Source: Methanobacteriota archaeon
Lineage (GTDB): Archaea; Thermoplasmatota; Thermoplasmata; SG8-5; JAGLSY01
DNA: 64,000 nt
Direction of reading: 5' to 3'
Assembly (NCBI GenBank): GCA_020697715.1
Contig: JAEHCO010000001.1
Location: 682,149 to 746,148 of the forward strand
Part shown: in pieces, positions 30,701 to 40,731 of the stretch
Numbering within the stretch: position 1 is the first letter of the stretch
Layout of the letters: every line of letters begins with the position of its first letter
Program-made: the position numbers and the translations under genes
Notes under the pieces: model-generated
The model's input: only the letters and a program-made list of their open reading frames with translations
Database searches by the model: none
Told to the model about the DNA's origin: nothing

Positions 30701-33034
30701 TCATCCCATCTTATTCCACAAGGTCTCCCGCCAGGTCTTATCCACCTTCTCAAGTTCAATATCTATCAGGACAGAGCCATTATGTGAAATTTTGATATTC
30801 CGGCCACCAGTCACACCCAGCTTTGAGAAGGGCATGCCGGACATTTTCTCTTCAAATGCTGTCTCCGCTCCTCGGACAATTTCGACAAGCCATCGGGTAT
30901 TTGATTCCGAATACAGGTCTATGAAAGCCTCATTATCTGACTTCAGATCCAATTCCGCTCCCATTCCGCCTCCGATGCACATCTCGGATATTGACACTGC
31001 CAATCCACCATCTGATATATCGTGGCAGGCAAGGACATGTCCTTCATTCATGACATCAAGGACTTTGTCTATCGAGTTGGCCAGGTGTGGTATATCGACA
31101 TCTGGCGCATTGGGACAGAAGCCATTGTATTTTCGATATAGTAATGATCCACCCATTTCATTCTTCGTCTCTCCGATCAAGTAGATGGAACTGCCGTGGG
31201 ATTTTAGATCTGCTGTTATTGCCTTTCTGATATCTGGAACTATCCCAACTCCCATCACAGTGGCTGTTGGCAAGATGCTTCCTGTCGCGGTCTCATTGTA
31301 AAAGCTAACATTACCTGATGGAATTGGGAGATCAAGTGCCTCGGCAACCTCGCCAAGACCTTTGACGGCCTGATGGAACTCTCCCAGTCTTTCTGGTATC
31401 TCTGGATTTCCGAAATTCAGGCAATTGGAAAGCGAGTGGGGTCTTCCTCCAACAGCGACTATGTTCCTGCACATCTCGTCCATAACACTTCTTCCACCCT
31501 TGAGAGGATCTACAGCTGTTAGCCATGGATTTGCGGCAACCGCGATGGCAAGTCCCTGCCATGAATCAGCTACTGGCTTCATCACAGAAGCATCACCATG
31601 TGTGCTATGTCTAATATCGCCCTGAAGTGGCTTTATCGCGGTCGAGCCTCTTACTTCATGATCATATTGCCTGATCAACCATTCCTTCGAGCAAATATTT
31701 GCATCTGATAGAAGGTCCAGCAGGATATTGGAATGGTCATTTGGAAGCTCGGGTAATTTCATCTCACCCTTCTGCTCGGGCTTGACATGGGTCATTGGTC
31801 GGCAATATTCTGGCCCTCCTGTGAGGAATTCCAGATCGACCTCCAGTATGACGGTGCCATCAAAGAACACACGTGCTATCTTCTCGGGTATCACTTTGCC
31901 CATGAGGGTGGCTGGCACATCGTATTTCTTGAAGACCTGCATCACTTTGTCAATATTATCATCTGAAACAGCCAGCATCATCCTTTCTTGGGATTCGGAG
32001 ACCCAGATCTCCCATGGTAGAAGGCCATCTTCCTTGGTCGGGACCCGATCAAGATGTACATCCACTCCATAACCAGCGGCAAAGGCCAGCTCTCCGCAAA
32101 CACAGGATAATCCGCCACCGCCAAGGTCCTTCATGCCCGTGATGAGCTTCTTTTGACCAACCTCCAGAATGGCATGTATGAGCGGCTCTTTCATGATAGG
32201 ATCGCCCAGCTGGACAGCCCCTCTGGATTCAGTCTCTGATTTGTCAGTAAGCACGGCGGAAGCAAAGGTAACGCCGTGTATCCCATCTCGGCCAGTGAAT
32301 CCACCTACCAAGATCAGATTGTCTCCAACTCCACCGACCTTGTTCTCGTAAAGGTCTTCTTTTTTCGCTATGCCAACACAGCCAACATTTACCAGGCAGT
32401 TGCCCAGGTATGAATCATCGAAATAAACACCGCCACTGACAGTGGGTATGCCTATCCTGTTACCATAATCCCTGATGCCAGATACCACCCCGCTAAGAAG
32501 GTATGTGGGGTGTTTCGTGCCCTTTGGGATCTGATCATGCGGATGGTCCAATGAACCGAAATAAAGTGGGTCTATGAGGGCGATCGGCTGACATCCCATG
32601 CATAGAACGTCCCTCACGATACCGCCAATGCCAGTTGCCGCGCCACCATAGGGCTCGACAGCACTGGGATGATTATGTGATTCAATTCTCAATGAATACG
32701 CATATTCATCATCGAATTCCATCACGCCAGCATCTCCTCTATCTATCACTTGTGAATTGTCAATGCCGAATACGAAATCCCGCAAAATGGATTTCGAGCT
32801 TTTGTAACAACAATGTTCGGACCAGGCCTGGCCAAGAGATTGTAATTCAACATCAGTGGGATTACGGCCCATGGTCTCGAAGTGTAATTTTATCCTCTTC
32901 AATTCGTCCAGGCTCAGCCCTGTTCCGCTCTCGGTTCCAAGAGCAATAAGATCGTCATCACTGGCCTTGTCAAGCAAGACCTCGAAGAAGGGAAATGAGG
33001 CTTCCAATTTTTTGTACAGATGATCGGCGCTCAA
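30701..33034 (-). CDS. purL: phosphoribosylformylglycinamidine synthase subunit PurL
   Basis: WSEHCCYKSS, ESHNHPSAVEPYGGAATG, DLGGGGL, SESQERM, QYDHEV; TTG start at 33034 after SD GAGGTG. Confidence 0.96.
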   Translation of the reverse strand: MSADHLYKKLEASFPFFEVLLDKASDDDLIALGTESGTGLSLDELKRIKLHFETMGRNPTDVELQSLGQAWSEHCCYKSSKSILRDFVFGIDNSQVIDRGDAGVMEFDDEYAYSLRIESHNHPSAVEPYGGAATGIGGIVRDVLCMGCQPIALIDPLYFGSLDHPHDQIPKGTKHPTYLLSGVVSGIRDYGNRIGIPTVSGGVYFDDSYLGNCLVNVGCVGIAKKEDLYENKVGGVGDNLILVGGFTGRDGIHGVTFASAVLTDKSETESRGAVQLGDPIMKEPLIHAILEVGQKKLITGMKDLGGGGLSCVCGELAFAAGYGVDVHLDRVPTKEDGLLPWEIWVSESQERMMLAVSDDNIDKVMQVFKKYDVPATLMGKVIPEKIARVFFDGTVILEVDLEFLTGGPEYCRPMTHVKPEQKGEMKLPELPNDHSNILLDLLSDANICSKEWLIRQYDHEVRGSTAIKPLQGDIRHSTHGDASVMKPVADSWQGLAIAVAANPWLTAVDPLKGGRSVMDEMCRNIVAVGGRPHSLSNCLNFGNPEIPERLGEFHQAVKGLGEVAEALDLPIPSGNVSFYNETATGSILPTATVMGVGIVPDIRKAITADLKSHGSSIYLIGETKNEMGGSLLYRKYNGFCPNAPDVDIPHLANSIDKVLDVMNEGHVLACHDISDGGLAVSISEMCIGGGMGAELDLKSDNEAFIDLYSESNTRWLVEIVRGAETAFEEKMSGMPFSKLGVTGGRNIKISHNGSVLIDIELEKVDKTWRETLWNKMG

Positions 33035-33036
33035 GC

Positions 33037-33285
33037 CTACACCTCTTTGATGTTTATCAAGGGAATGTGGATGACTGGATTCGAAAGAAGCTTCACGCAC
33101 ATGTCATCCATCATGGCTTTTGCCTCGTCTTCCGAGTTGGTATCCAGAGTTATAGTGAAGAATTTAGAGGTCTTGACCTCCAAAACCTTGTCAAAACCCA
33201 GTAGGTCCAATGCCTTCTTGGTGTTCTTTCCCTCAGGATCTGCAACTCCTTTCTTCAGCTCCACTCTTACTTCTGCTTCGAACAT
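33037..33285 (-). CDS. purS: phosphoribosylformylglycinamidine synthase subunit PurS
   Basis: LKKGVADPEG...LLSNPVI. Confidence 0.95.
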   Translation of the reverse strand: MFEAEVRVELKKGVADPEGKNTKKALDLLGFDKVLEVKTSKFFTITLDTNSEDEAKAMMDDMCVKLLSNPVIHIPLINIKEV

Positions 33286-33447
33286 GGTATCACTGTGGAA
33301 GGTGATAACAACGGCATATTAATGGTTTATTGAATAATTGTCAAGCTATGCTTGATAATATGCTTGATAAGAATTGAATATCAGTGTGAGAAATTAGCGA
33401 TAATATTCCAAAACTTAATATTAGACATTTGTATTGGTTTGGATTCA

Positions 33448-35010
33448 ATGCCTAAAGGAAAGATGAGAAAGATGGGGCGAAGGAGCTCCGGTATCAAGTC
33501 AGCTTCAAAAGGCCAGCAGGACAAGCTCAATAAGAGAGCGAAGAAGCTGGCAGAGAAGCCCCGACTACTTATTCCCGAATGCATAGGGGAATGCAGAGGG
33601 TGTGATTTTGACAAGGTGGAAGCAAAGCTTATCAGGATCAGCAAGTTCAGAGGCAATTTAATCACACTTCAGAAGCTGGCCAAATCAGGAGGCCAGCTGG
33701 AAAGGGCATATGCCGTGATGCTCATTCTTGATGAAGAGGATTCGGCTCCATTTTTAGGTGTTGCCAGGGTGGCAAGTGGCGAGGTCAGCTACGCTAATAG
33801 AGGTAAGGTGAGCAAAGAGGTCCTTATTGGAGTTCAGCATTATGATGATCCCAAGTTCGGCCTTCTCGCTTATTCTGAGATCGCGATCAAGAAAAACCTT
33901 CATTTATATTATACACCAGAGGGTGTCAAATGCTCTGGCAAATTCCCCAATTATCCCAAAGAGCTCGCGTCCAGTGTATTGAAAGATGTTGATTATTCTT
34001 TCAATAGATCTGGCAACACATATCGTTGCCAACATTGTGCTTCTGGTAATGTTGGAGGGAAATTGACATTGAAGATAAGGTCTTCTGATATGACCATCGA
34101 GATATGTGGAACATGCTTGAAGGACAAGGAGAACCTGTTCATGGCATTCTCCCGCATGGCATTGACCAAAAACCCAGAGGGTGATTTCGACATCGACCTG
34201 GATTATTCATTGACATGCGTATCAGATAGCTGTTCTGTAGGCGATCTGTTCATAAAAACAAAACAAATATTGAAAGCATACACCACTGGCCAGATATCGG
34301 ATAAAGCATTGATGAATGCTTATTCTTCAGAAGTGATGAAAAAGATACACGATATAGACAAGAAAATGCTGGTCGTTGGTGGCAGATGTTTCGAAGATGA
34401 TACTGACAAGTTCATAGAGGCTCTCAGGCCATCGAAGATCGAGAAAAAAGCTCTTCAATACGTTTTATCAAATATCACGGAGCCAGTTGTAATAGATTCT
34501 GCCACGGCCAGTGCAGTTCTTTCCATGTATTGGGATGAATTGGGCGAAGGGGCTATAAATGCGGTCATTGATGATCCGTCACTGTCAAAGAAGATATACA
34601 CTGGAGCAAAAGGATCTGGCTCCACTCCATCTCATATTCTTAAGGATGCGGACATGCGCAAGAAAGCGGAGGACACACTGAGCCAGATACCTAAATTCAA
34701 AAATCTCTCAAGACTATCAAAATTCACAGATGAGGTAGTTCGCACTTACAAGGCCTATGGGTCTGATGAGACCATGAAGATACTGGAGAAAGGTCATGCA
34801 GGTGACACCAAGATGAAGTCGATCTCCTGCGGTTTCTACGATGCCATGGGCTTGCTAAAGGGTAAGGAATGGCTGTTCACAAAAGAAGAATTGGATTATG
34901 GTAGATATCTTTCAGAGTTCTCCAAGGGTCTTCTTGATGCTGAACCTGATGATTATAAGGAAGCTTTGCAGGATCTCATGACAGCCAGTGGCTCTGGTGA
35001 GACAATATAG
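33448..35010 (+). CDS. hypothetical Cys-rich protein
   Basis: 520 aa ORF with basic N-terminus and CxxxCxxC, CxxC, CxxC, CxxxxC clusters. Confidence 0.8.
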   Translation: MPKGKMRKMGRRSSGIKSASKGQQDKLNKRAKKLAEKPRLLIPECIGECRGCDFDKVEAKLIRISKFRGNLITLQKLAKSGGQLERAYAVMLILDEEDSAPFLGVARVASGEVSYANRGKVSKEVLIGVQHYDDPKFGLLAYSEIAIKKNLHLYYTPEGVKCSGKFPNYPKELASSVLKDVDYSFNRSGNTYRCQHCASGNVGGKLTLKIRSSDMTIEICGTCLKDKENLFMAFSRMALTKNPEGDFDIDLDYSLTCVSDSCSVGDLFIKTKQILKAYTTGQISDKALMNAYSSEVMKKIHDIDKKMLVVGGRCFEDDTDKFIEALRPSKIEKKALQYVLSNITEPVVIDSATASAVLSMYWDELGEGAINAVIDDPSLSKKIYTGAKGSGSTPSHILKDADMRKKAEDTLSQIPKFKNLSRLSKFTDEVVRTYKAYGSDETMKILEKGHAGDTKMKSISCGFYDAMGLLKGKEWLFTKEELDYGRYLSEFSKGLLDAEPDDYKEALQDLMTASGSGETI

Positions 35011-35107
35011 GTCTTATTTTTAGCCTAATTTAATCCTTTTATATCATATAATAATAAATCCAAAGTATATTATATAAATGCCATGATTTCCCTTTTGGTG
35101 AATATAT

Positions 35108-35680
35108 ATGGATAATGAACCAATTAATACGGGAGAACCTGCACCGCCAGCACCACCGGAGGCACCAATACCTCCAGTGGAATCTGAGCCTGCACCACCT
35201 CCCCAGGATGCACCTGCACCAGCAAAGTCTGGTGGAGGTAAGGGACCAATCATCGCAATAGCAGTCATTGCGGTTGTCGCCATTGTCGTTCTTGCTTTCA
35301 TGTTTATGGGCGGAAGCATAGAAGGTAAATGGGAACTGGAAAGTGGAAAAATCTACGATGCAGATGGCACTTTGAACCAAGAAGCGACTGACGCATTTGA
35401 TGGCAAAGGCGAATGGATGGAATTCAAGTCAGATGGTTCTATTGCGAATAGCGATGGAGAAGATGACGGAACCTGGAAAACAGATGGTGATAAGCTCACT
35501 ATCACTTCCACATACGAGTATGAGAATTATGATATTGATGCAAATGGCAATATCACATGGGACAATCAAACTATGACTGACACTATAGAATTCACATACA
35601 AAGTATCCTTCAACACTCTCACACTTGAGATGGAATATCCAGATGGCTCGTCAATGAAGCTGACTGCTAAGAAAGCATGA
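35108..35680 (+). CDS. membrane-anchored lipocalin-like protein with Pro-rich N-terminus
   Basis: Pro/Ala-rich cytoplasmic part, single TM, IEGKWEL / GTWKTDGDKLTIT beta-barrel pattern. Confidence 0.75.
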   Translation: MDNEPINTGEPAPPAPPEAPIPPVESEPAPPPQDAPAPAKSGGGKGPIIAIAVIAVVAIVVLAFMFMGGSIEGKWELESGKIYDADGTLNQEATDAFDGKGEWMEFKSDGSIANSDGEDDGTWKTDGDKLTITSTYEYENYDIDANGNITWDNQTMTDTIEFTYKVSFNTLTLEMEYPDGSSMKLTAKKA

Positions 35681-35712
35681 AGTCTTAATCGACACATCTG
35701 AATACAAGCTAA

Positions 35713-35750
35713 TGGCCTTCGGGCCACCTCTTTCCTTTTTCTTCATTTTT
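35713..35750 (+). terminator. cUUCGg hairpin plus U tract
   Basis: TGGCC-TTCG-GGCCA followed by CTCTTTCCTTTTTCTT. Confidence 0.7.
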
Positions 35751-35789
35751 CATAACTCAGCCTGAGCTTTTTAATATTCGATCATATGT

Positions 35790-36347
35790 CTAAAAAACAG
35801 TATGTTCCAGAAGGATCTTCAACCCCAATCCGATCAATATCAGACCGCCAATGACCTCCATTTTACCTTCCAATCTCTCCCCCGCCTTTTGACCGATAAA
35901 GGTTCCAGCAAAGGCGAATATGAATGACATCACACTGATCAGGATGACTGGGAGTAATATCGATATGCCCAGGAAGGCGAATGAGATGCCTATGGCCAGA
36001 GAATCAATGCTTGTGGCGATCGACAATATCAAGAGTATCTTCAGGTTCCTATGGTTCATACCTGAGGATTCCTCCTCTTCCATCCCTTCCTTGATCATCT
36101 TGATGCCTATTATAGCCAGAAGTATGAAGGCGATCCAGTGATCCACGCTTTCAACAAGAGTGGCAAAATTGCTTGCCCCCAGCCAGCCAAGCAGGGCCAA
36201 TCCTCCCTGGAAAGCACCGAAGAATATTCCCACTCTCACACCATCAGATAGTTTGACATCTTTAATGGTGACCGCACTGGATATGGAGACTGCCAGGCAG
36301 TCCATCGCTAGTCCGATGGAGATCAGTAATATAGATAAGAAGTCCAT
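35790..36347 (-). CDS. mntP: manganese efflux pump MntP family
   Basis: IGLAMDCLAVS, DHWIAFILL, IATSIDSLAIG, GGLILIGLG. Confidence 0.93.
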   Translation of the reverse strand: MDFLSILLISIGLAMDCLAVSISSAVTIKDVKLSDGVRVGIFFGAFQGGLALLGWLGASNFATLVESVDHWIAFILLAIIGIKMIKEGMEEEESSGMNHRNLKILLILSIATSIDSLAIGISFAFLGISILLPVILISVMSFIFAFAGTFIGQKAGERLEGKMEVIGGLILIGLGLKILLEHTVF

Positions 36348-36474
36348 TGAAACGTCAATGATAGAACCTGTATTTGATATTGACGATTGGATCTTTCAGC
36401 ATTAAAGGTCAGATATCCTCGAGCAATATCTTTATAATCCTTTACCATTTACACATAATTGAGGTAGCCTGGCT

Positions 36475-37236
36475 ATGGTATTGAAGCACATGGTGCATGA
36501 TGAAGATATGGATCATATCAAGAAGACCCTTAAAGACAATGTCCTGGACAATGCTATTTTCCTGTACAGGGTCTTTGAACTTGGACACGAATATGATATC
36601 TATTTCGACGAGGATGTGAAAGCGGCAATGGCCGTTGATAAGAATCACCCTCTGGTGGTCTTTACAGGTGATTGGTCATCGACCATCATACCTTTTGATA
36701 AGCTTCCACTGGATGGTTTCTTCACTCATGGCTGCCCAACAAGCGCACTGATACAAATTGAAAATGAATTCAAAATAGATGATCCATATCCGTGTTGGAG
36801 GTATATCTCAACAGGGAATGTGGGAGCGGGACCATGGGATGATCTGGGTAGGCTTGATGAGGATGATGCGGTATTGATCGCCAAGCATTGGGACCTAATA
36901 GATGATCCAGAGGAAATATTAAGAGAGAAGATAAGAAAGTTCGATAGTGCTTGTGTAAGGGAAAATGGGAAACCAGTTTCCTGGGTGGGCATTCATTTTG
37001 AGATCGAGGGGATGGCCGAGCTTGGATTCGCCCATACTCTTGATGGACATAGAAGAAAGGGATATTCCGCTATGGCGACAAAGGCTTTAGTAAATAGAAT
37101 AGATGAACGTGGTGGGAAGGCCGTGGTGCATATGTTCAAATCTAATGAGGCCAGCATCTCATTGGCAGAGAGCATGGGATTCAAAAGGATCGGCGAGGCC
37201 ACTTGGGCTCAGATAGAACCGATATCCAAAAAATAA
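36475..37236 (+). CDS. GNAT family acetyltransferase (FR47-like C-terminus)
   Basis: AHTLDGHRRKGYS, NEASISLAESMGF. Confidence 0.82.
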   Translation: MVLKHMVHDEDMDHIKKTLKDNVLDNAIFLYRVFELGHEYDIYFDEDVKAAMAVDKNHPLVVFTGDWSSTIIPFDKLPLDGFFTHGCPTSALIQIENEFKIDDPYPCWRYISTGNVGAGPWDDLGRLDEDDAVLIAKHWDLIDDPEEILREKIRKFDSACVRENGKPVSWVGIHFEIEGMAELGFAHTLDGHRRKGYSAMATKALVNRIDERGGKAVVHMFKSNEASISLAESMGFKRIGEATWAQIEPISKK

Positions 37237-37286
37237 GGGATGCGAAGCTAAAGCAGTTTATTTTACATTATATTTACAAACAATTA

Positions 37287-37715
37287 CTATTTATTGGTTT
37301 CAGGAGGACATAGGCCAAGTTCTATCTCCTTTGCCTTTGCCTTTTTTCTGCATTGGGATTTGCTCATGTGGCCAGATTTGAAATTCTTTTCCAGGATCTT
37401 TTTGTAATCGTGAAATTGATCCTGTGCTTGTTTTAATTTTCGACCTTTGAGTGGGATCCATTCCTCATTAGAAGATCTCTCTGGAATGATCGGATCCGCT
37501 GAAGGAGCTGGAGCTACAGACCTCACAGGTTCAGGAGTTGGAGCAACAGGCGGGTCAGGGTTACCACTAAAAGCAGAAACTGTGTGGACAGGAGGCGATT
37601 CTTCCCCTGGCTCCTTTTCTCCGATGAAAGAAAAGAATCCCTTTTTCTTACGTTTTCCGCGTGCTTCTATTTTTTCCAAATCTGCGTATATGTCGCGCCC
37701 CATGTCTTCACCCAA
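37287..37715 (-). CDS. hypothetical protein (Pro-rich linker, SHOCT-like C-terminus)
   Basis: 142 aa ORF filling the gap; FKSGHMSKSQCRKK tail. Confidence 0.6.
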   Translation of the reverse strand: MGEDMGRDIYADLEKIEARGKRKKKGFFSFIGEKEPGEESPPVHTVSAFSGNPDPPVAPTPEPVRSVAPAPSADPIIPERSSNEEWIPLKGRKLKQAQDQFHDYKKILEKNFKSGHMSKSQCRKKAKAKEIELGLCPPETNK

Positions 37716-37995
37716 TTAAACTAATAATCTCCATTGTTGGAACTATCATAAATAAGTATTTAATGCATCTTCTTAAATTGTTATAATAGACAAATTATTT
37801 ATCACTTAATGGCAATTTATACATTATTTGATAAAACATAGCATGTTTATCGATCTTTCTATCCACATATATAAGATTTACTGAATTTAGAACTCTTCAA
37901 ATCACACGAGATCTAATATGAGATATAGTAATGATCTATGATCTGAGATCCAAGATTCAATAATCAATAAATAGAAAGATACCCATGAGGCCGCA

Positions 37996-38994
37996 ATGCG
38001 TGATAAAGCCCCGAAGACAGACAAACCCATTGCCGTGTGGAGTGAGAAGGAATTCCTCAATACGGATCAGCTGGACGCACTGGTCGTCATCCTCCGAGGT
38101 AGAGGTTGCTACTGGTCAGCCAAATCCGGATGTATCATGTGTGGCTATTCCAATGACACGACATCGGGGATCACGGAAGATGATCTACAGGCTCAATTTG
38201 TATCCGCTATGGATAAATACAAGGGGGAGGGATATGTCAAGATATACACCTCTGGAAGCTTTTTCGATAATAGAGAAATGACGGATGATACCAGGGAAAA
38301 GATCCTGGTAATGGCAGGCGATGGTGGAAAGAACCATGTGCTTGTGGAATCCAGACCTGAGTTCATCACAGCGGATATCATAGACAGGGCACTGGAGCAT
38401 GTCAGTAGCCTGGAGGTGGCCATCGGCCTGGAGACCGCGAATGACGATGTCAGAAAAAAATGCGTGAACAAGGGCTTTACATTCGCGAACTTCGAGCGTG
38501 CTGCCACCATCCTGAAAGAAAAAGGCGTCAAGGTAAGGACATACATCCTCCTAAAGCCACCATATCTTACAGAGAGGCAGGCCATCGAGGATGCTGTTGA
38601 TTCGGCCGTCAAGGCTGATGCGCTATCAGATACAATTTCTTTCAATCCGATAAATGTCCAGAGGTGGACCTTGGTCGAGGAACTCTGGAAAAAGGGACTA
38701 TACAGACCCCCATGGTTATGGAGCCTGGCTGAGGTTCTAAAAAGAACCGTGGAAGTTACAAATTCAAGGATCGTGTCCTCCCCATCCGGCGGGGGCAGCA
38801 GAAGGGGAGTGCATAATTGCAAAAAGTGCAATAAGCAATTCCTCGAGGCTGTAGATCGCTTTTACATGACACAGGATCCAAGCCAGTTGGAATTCTCCTG
38901 CACCTGCAAGGCCGAGTGGCTGGACACACTTGACTTCCAGGAAATGATGGGCACAACTGGAGATGTAAGCAAGCTTCTGGGGATATGGGAATAG
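37996..38994 (+). CDS. raSEA: archaeosine biosynthesis radical SAM enzyme RaSEA (TIGR01210-type)
   Basis: LRGRGCYW....GCIMCGY, IYTSGSFFD, VESRPE, GLETAND, LLKPP, YRPPWLWS, RGVHNC. Confidence 0.92.
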   Translation: MRDKAPKTDKPIAVWSEKEFLNTDQLDALVVILRGRGCYWSAKSGCIMCGYSNDTTSGITEDDLQAQFVSAMDKYKGEGYVKIYTSGSFFDNREMTDDTREKILVMAGDGGKNHVLVESRPEFITADIIDRALEHVSSLEVAIGLETANDDVRKKCVNKGFTFANFERAATILKEKGVKVRTYILLKPPYLTERQAIEDAVDSAVKADALSDTISFNPINVQRWTLVEELWKKGLYRPPWLWSLAEVLKRTVEVTNSRIVSSPSGGGSRRGVHNCKKCNKQFLEAVDRFYMTQDPSQLEFSCTCKAEWLDTLDFQEMMGTTGDVSKLLGIWE

Positions 38995-39139
38995 AATTAC
39001 TGGTTCCGCTCCCACAGCTCCGCCCCCACCTCGAATTCTTATTGAATACACCCACCCACCCACGAATTATGAATAATATGCCTGGTAGATCAAGCATAGG
39101 TATTGTAAAGTTTTTAATCAATACCGCATTCCGGTGTCC

Positions 39140-39619
39140 ATGGCGATATTATCCGATAAGGGAATACTCAAGGCGATGGAAGATGGACAACTGGGTATTG
39201 ACGATTTTGTTGAGAATAATCTAACTCCCAATGGTTACGACCTGAGCATAGCGGAGATAAAAGTTGGTCAGGACGGCCAGCTGATAACTGAAGGCGATGT
39301 CCGAATACCTCCAATGACCTGGTTCGCAGTCAGCACGAAGGAATACGTTCGATTCGGGCCAGCCATCACCTCACAGCTTTGGATAAGAACATCCTGGGCC
39401 CGCCGCGGTGTATTATCATCATTTGGCAAGGTGGACGCTGGCTTCGAAGGAACACTGACCTTATCAGCTTTCAATTCATCTGATAAAGATGTTATAATTC
39501 CAATCGGTGATCGCTTCTGCCAGATAGTCTTCGAATGGCTGGATTCTGCAGCGGACAAGCAATACGCCGAGCGCTCCGGGAATTACCAGGGACAGCGAGG
39601 GGTCAACCTTGGGAATTAA
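39140..39619 (+). CDS. dcd: dCTP deaminase / dUTPase family
   Basis: ILSD, TPNGYDL, IRTSWARRG, GKVDAGFEGTLTL, RSGNYQGQRGV. Confidence 0.92.
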   Translation: MAILSDKGILKAMEDGQLGIDDFVENNLTPNGYDLSIAEIKVGQDGQLITEGDVRIPPMTWFAVSTKEYVRFGPAITSQLWIRTSWARRGVLSSFGKVDAGFEGTLTLSAFNSSDKDVIIPIGDRFCQIVFEWLDSAADKQYAERSGNYQGQRGVNLGN

Positions 39620-40298
39620 GGCAGTTCTTTTCGACATGGGCAACACATTGATCGACAGTAGGACCACCGAGGGAACCTTTTCCCGGATACTCAGGGAAAA
39701 GGGATATGATGTGCCTCCAGATCTCATAAAGGAGGCGCTGGTCAAACATTCAGATGAGCCTGCTCCGAACCAGGAGGTTGGTGACCGGGCTGGTATTTCA
39801 TCCGAGGATTTTTACATCAAGTTCAACAATGCCATCCTGAGTCATATTGGCCTTGAGAATGCTGAGCCCGATCTTGGAAAATACATCTATGATCGCTGGT
39901 TCATCGTCCTTCATATCTATTTATTACAAAATGCTGAAAGCACAATAGTCCAGCTTAAGAAAAAGGGAATCAAGGTCGGGATCGTCACCAATGGTTTCCG
40001 TGATGAGGTAGAAACCATTTTTGAAGAATTACCAATACAGCCATCTGACTTTGATATCGTGGTCGGATGCAATACCACTGGTTTTGCCAAGCCCAATCCC
40101 GCTCCTTTTAAGTTCGCGCTGAAGGTACTTGGACTCCTACCAGAGGAAATAATGTTCGTTGGCGACTCATACAGAAATGATTATCTAGGCTCGAAAAAGG
40201 TCGGAATGAACCCGGTTCTGTATCTACCTAAGGGAGAGCCGCCTGAGCCAGATACCATATTTGTCAGGGATCTGAAGGATCTGCTTGATCTTATTTAG
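39609..40298 (+). CDS. HAD family hydrolase
   Basis: LFDMGNTL, IVTNG, KPNP..F, FVGDSYRND. Confidence 0.92.
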   Translation: MGIKAVLFDMGNTLIDSRTTEGTFSRILREKGYDVPPDLIKEALVKHSDEPAPNQEVGDRAGISSEDFYIKFNNAILSHIGLENAEPDLGKYIYDRWFIVLHIYLLQNAESTIVQLKKKGIKVGIVTNGFRDEVETIFEELPIQPSDFDIVVGCNTTGFAKPNPAPFKFALKVLGLLPEEIMFVGDSYRNDYLGSKKVGMNPVLYLPKGEPPEPDTIFVRDLKDLLDLI

Positions 40299-40464
40299 TC
40301 ACATATTGGTTCATGTCTTGGCTTAGTTTGCCCGCCCCAATATATGGGTAGGCCCCCCGCCTTACACCACAGAATCATCTGGCTACTCCGTATCCAGAAG
40401 ATTAATTGAATCGCTGTGCAATTCAATTCGCTGGGTCGCGCCCTTCCCCCCTGCTCGTGGTGTT

Positions 40465-40656
40465 TCATTCTTCAAATAACAGCCACAAAAGAATTCCAAT
40501 GCCAAGAGGAACTGCTCCCATCATTATCAACGAGCTTTGCTCAGCCAGGGTACTGTGGAATTTTGTGGCAACTCCCTTGTACACGCCCCATGATGTGATA
40601 GCTGATCCGAATAGGATTAACCACAATCCAAGATTATGCAATTTTTGATTCCTCAT
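40465..40656 (-). CDS. small 2-TM hypothetical protein
   Basis: 63 aa with two hydrophobic helices; AT-rich upstream region. Confidence 0.55.
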   Translation of the reverse strand: MRNQKLHNLGLWLILFGSAITSWGVYKGVATKFHSTLAEQSSLIMMGAVPLGIGILLWLLFEE

Positions 40657-40731
40657 ATCTCTTCCACCATTTTATTATCTAATATATGAACAAATACACA
40701 ATATCGATATTTAAATGTATTTTGGGCTTGC

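Noticed and set aside
30549-31184. 211-aa plus-strand ORF
   Set aside because: Mostly antisense to purL, with no recognisable motifs.
37716-37990. AT-rich intergenic region with four GATC sites in about 41 bp, considered as a replication origin
   Set aside because: No repeated ORB boxes and no adjacent orc1/cdc6. GATC is common throughout this sequence, and divergent promoters explain the AT richness.
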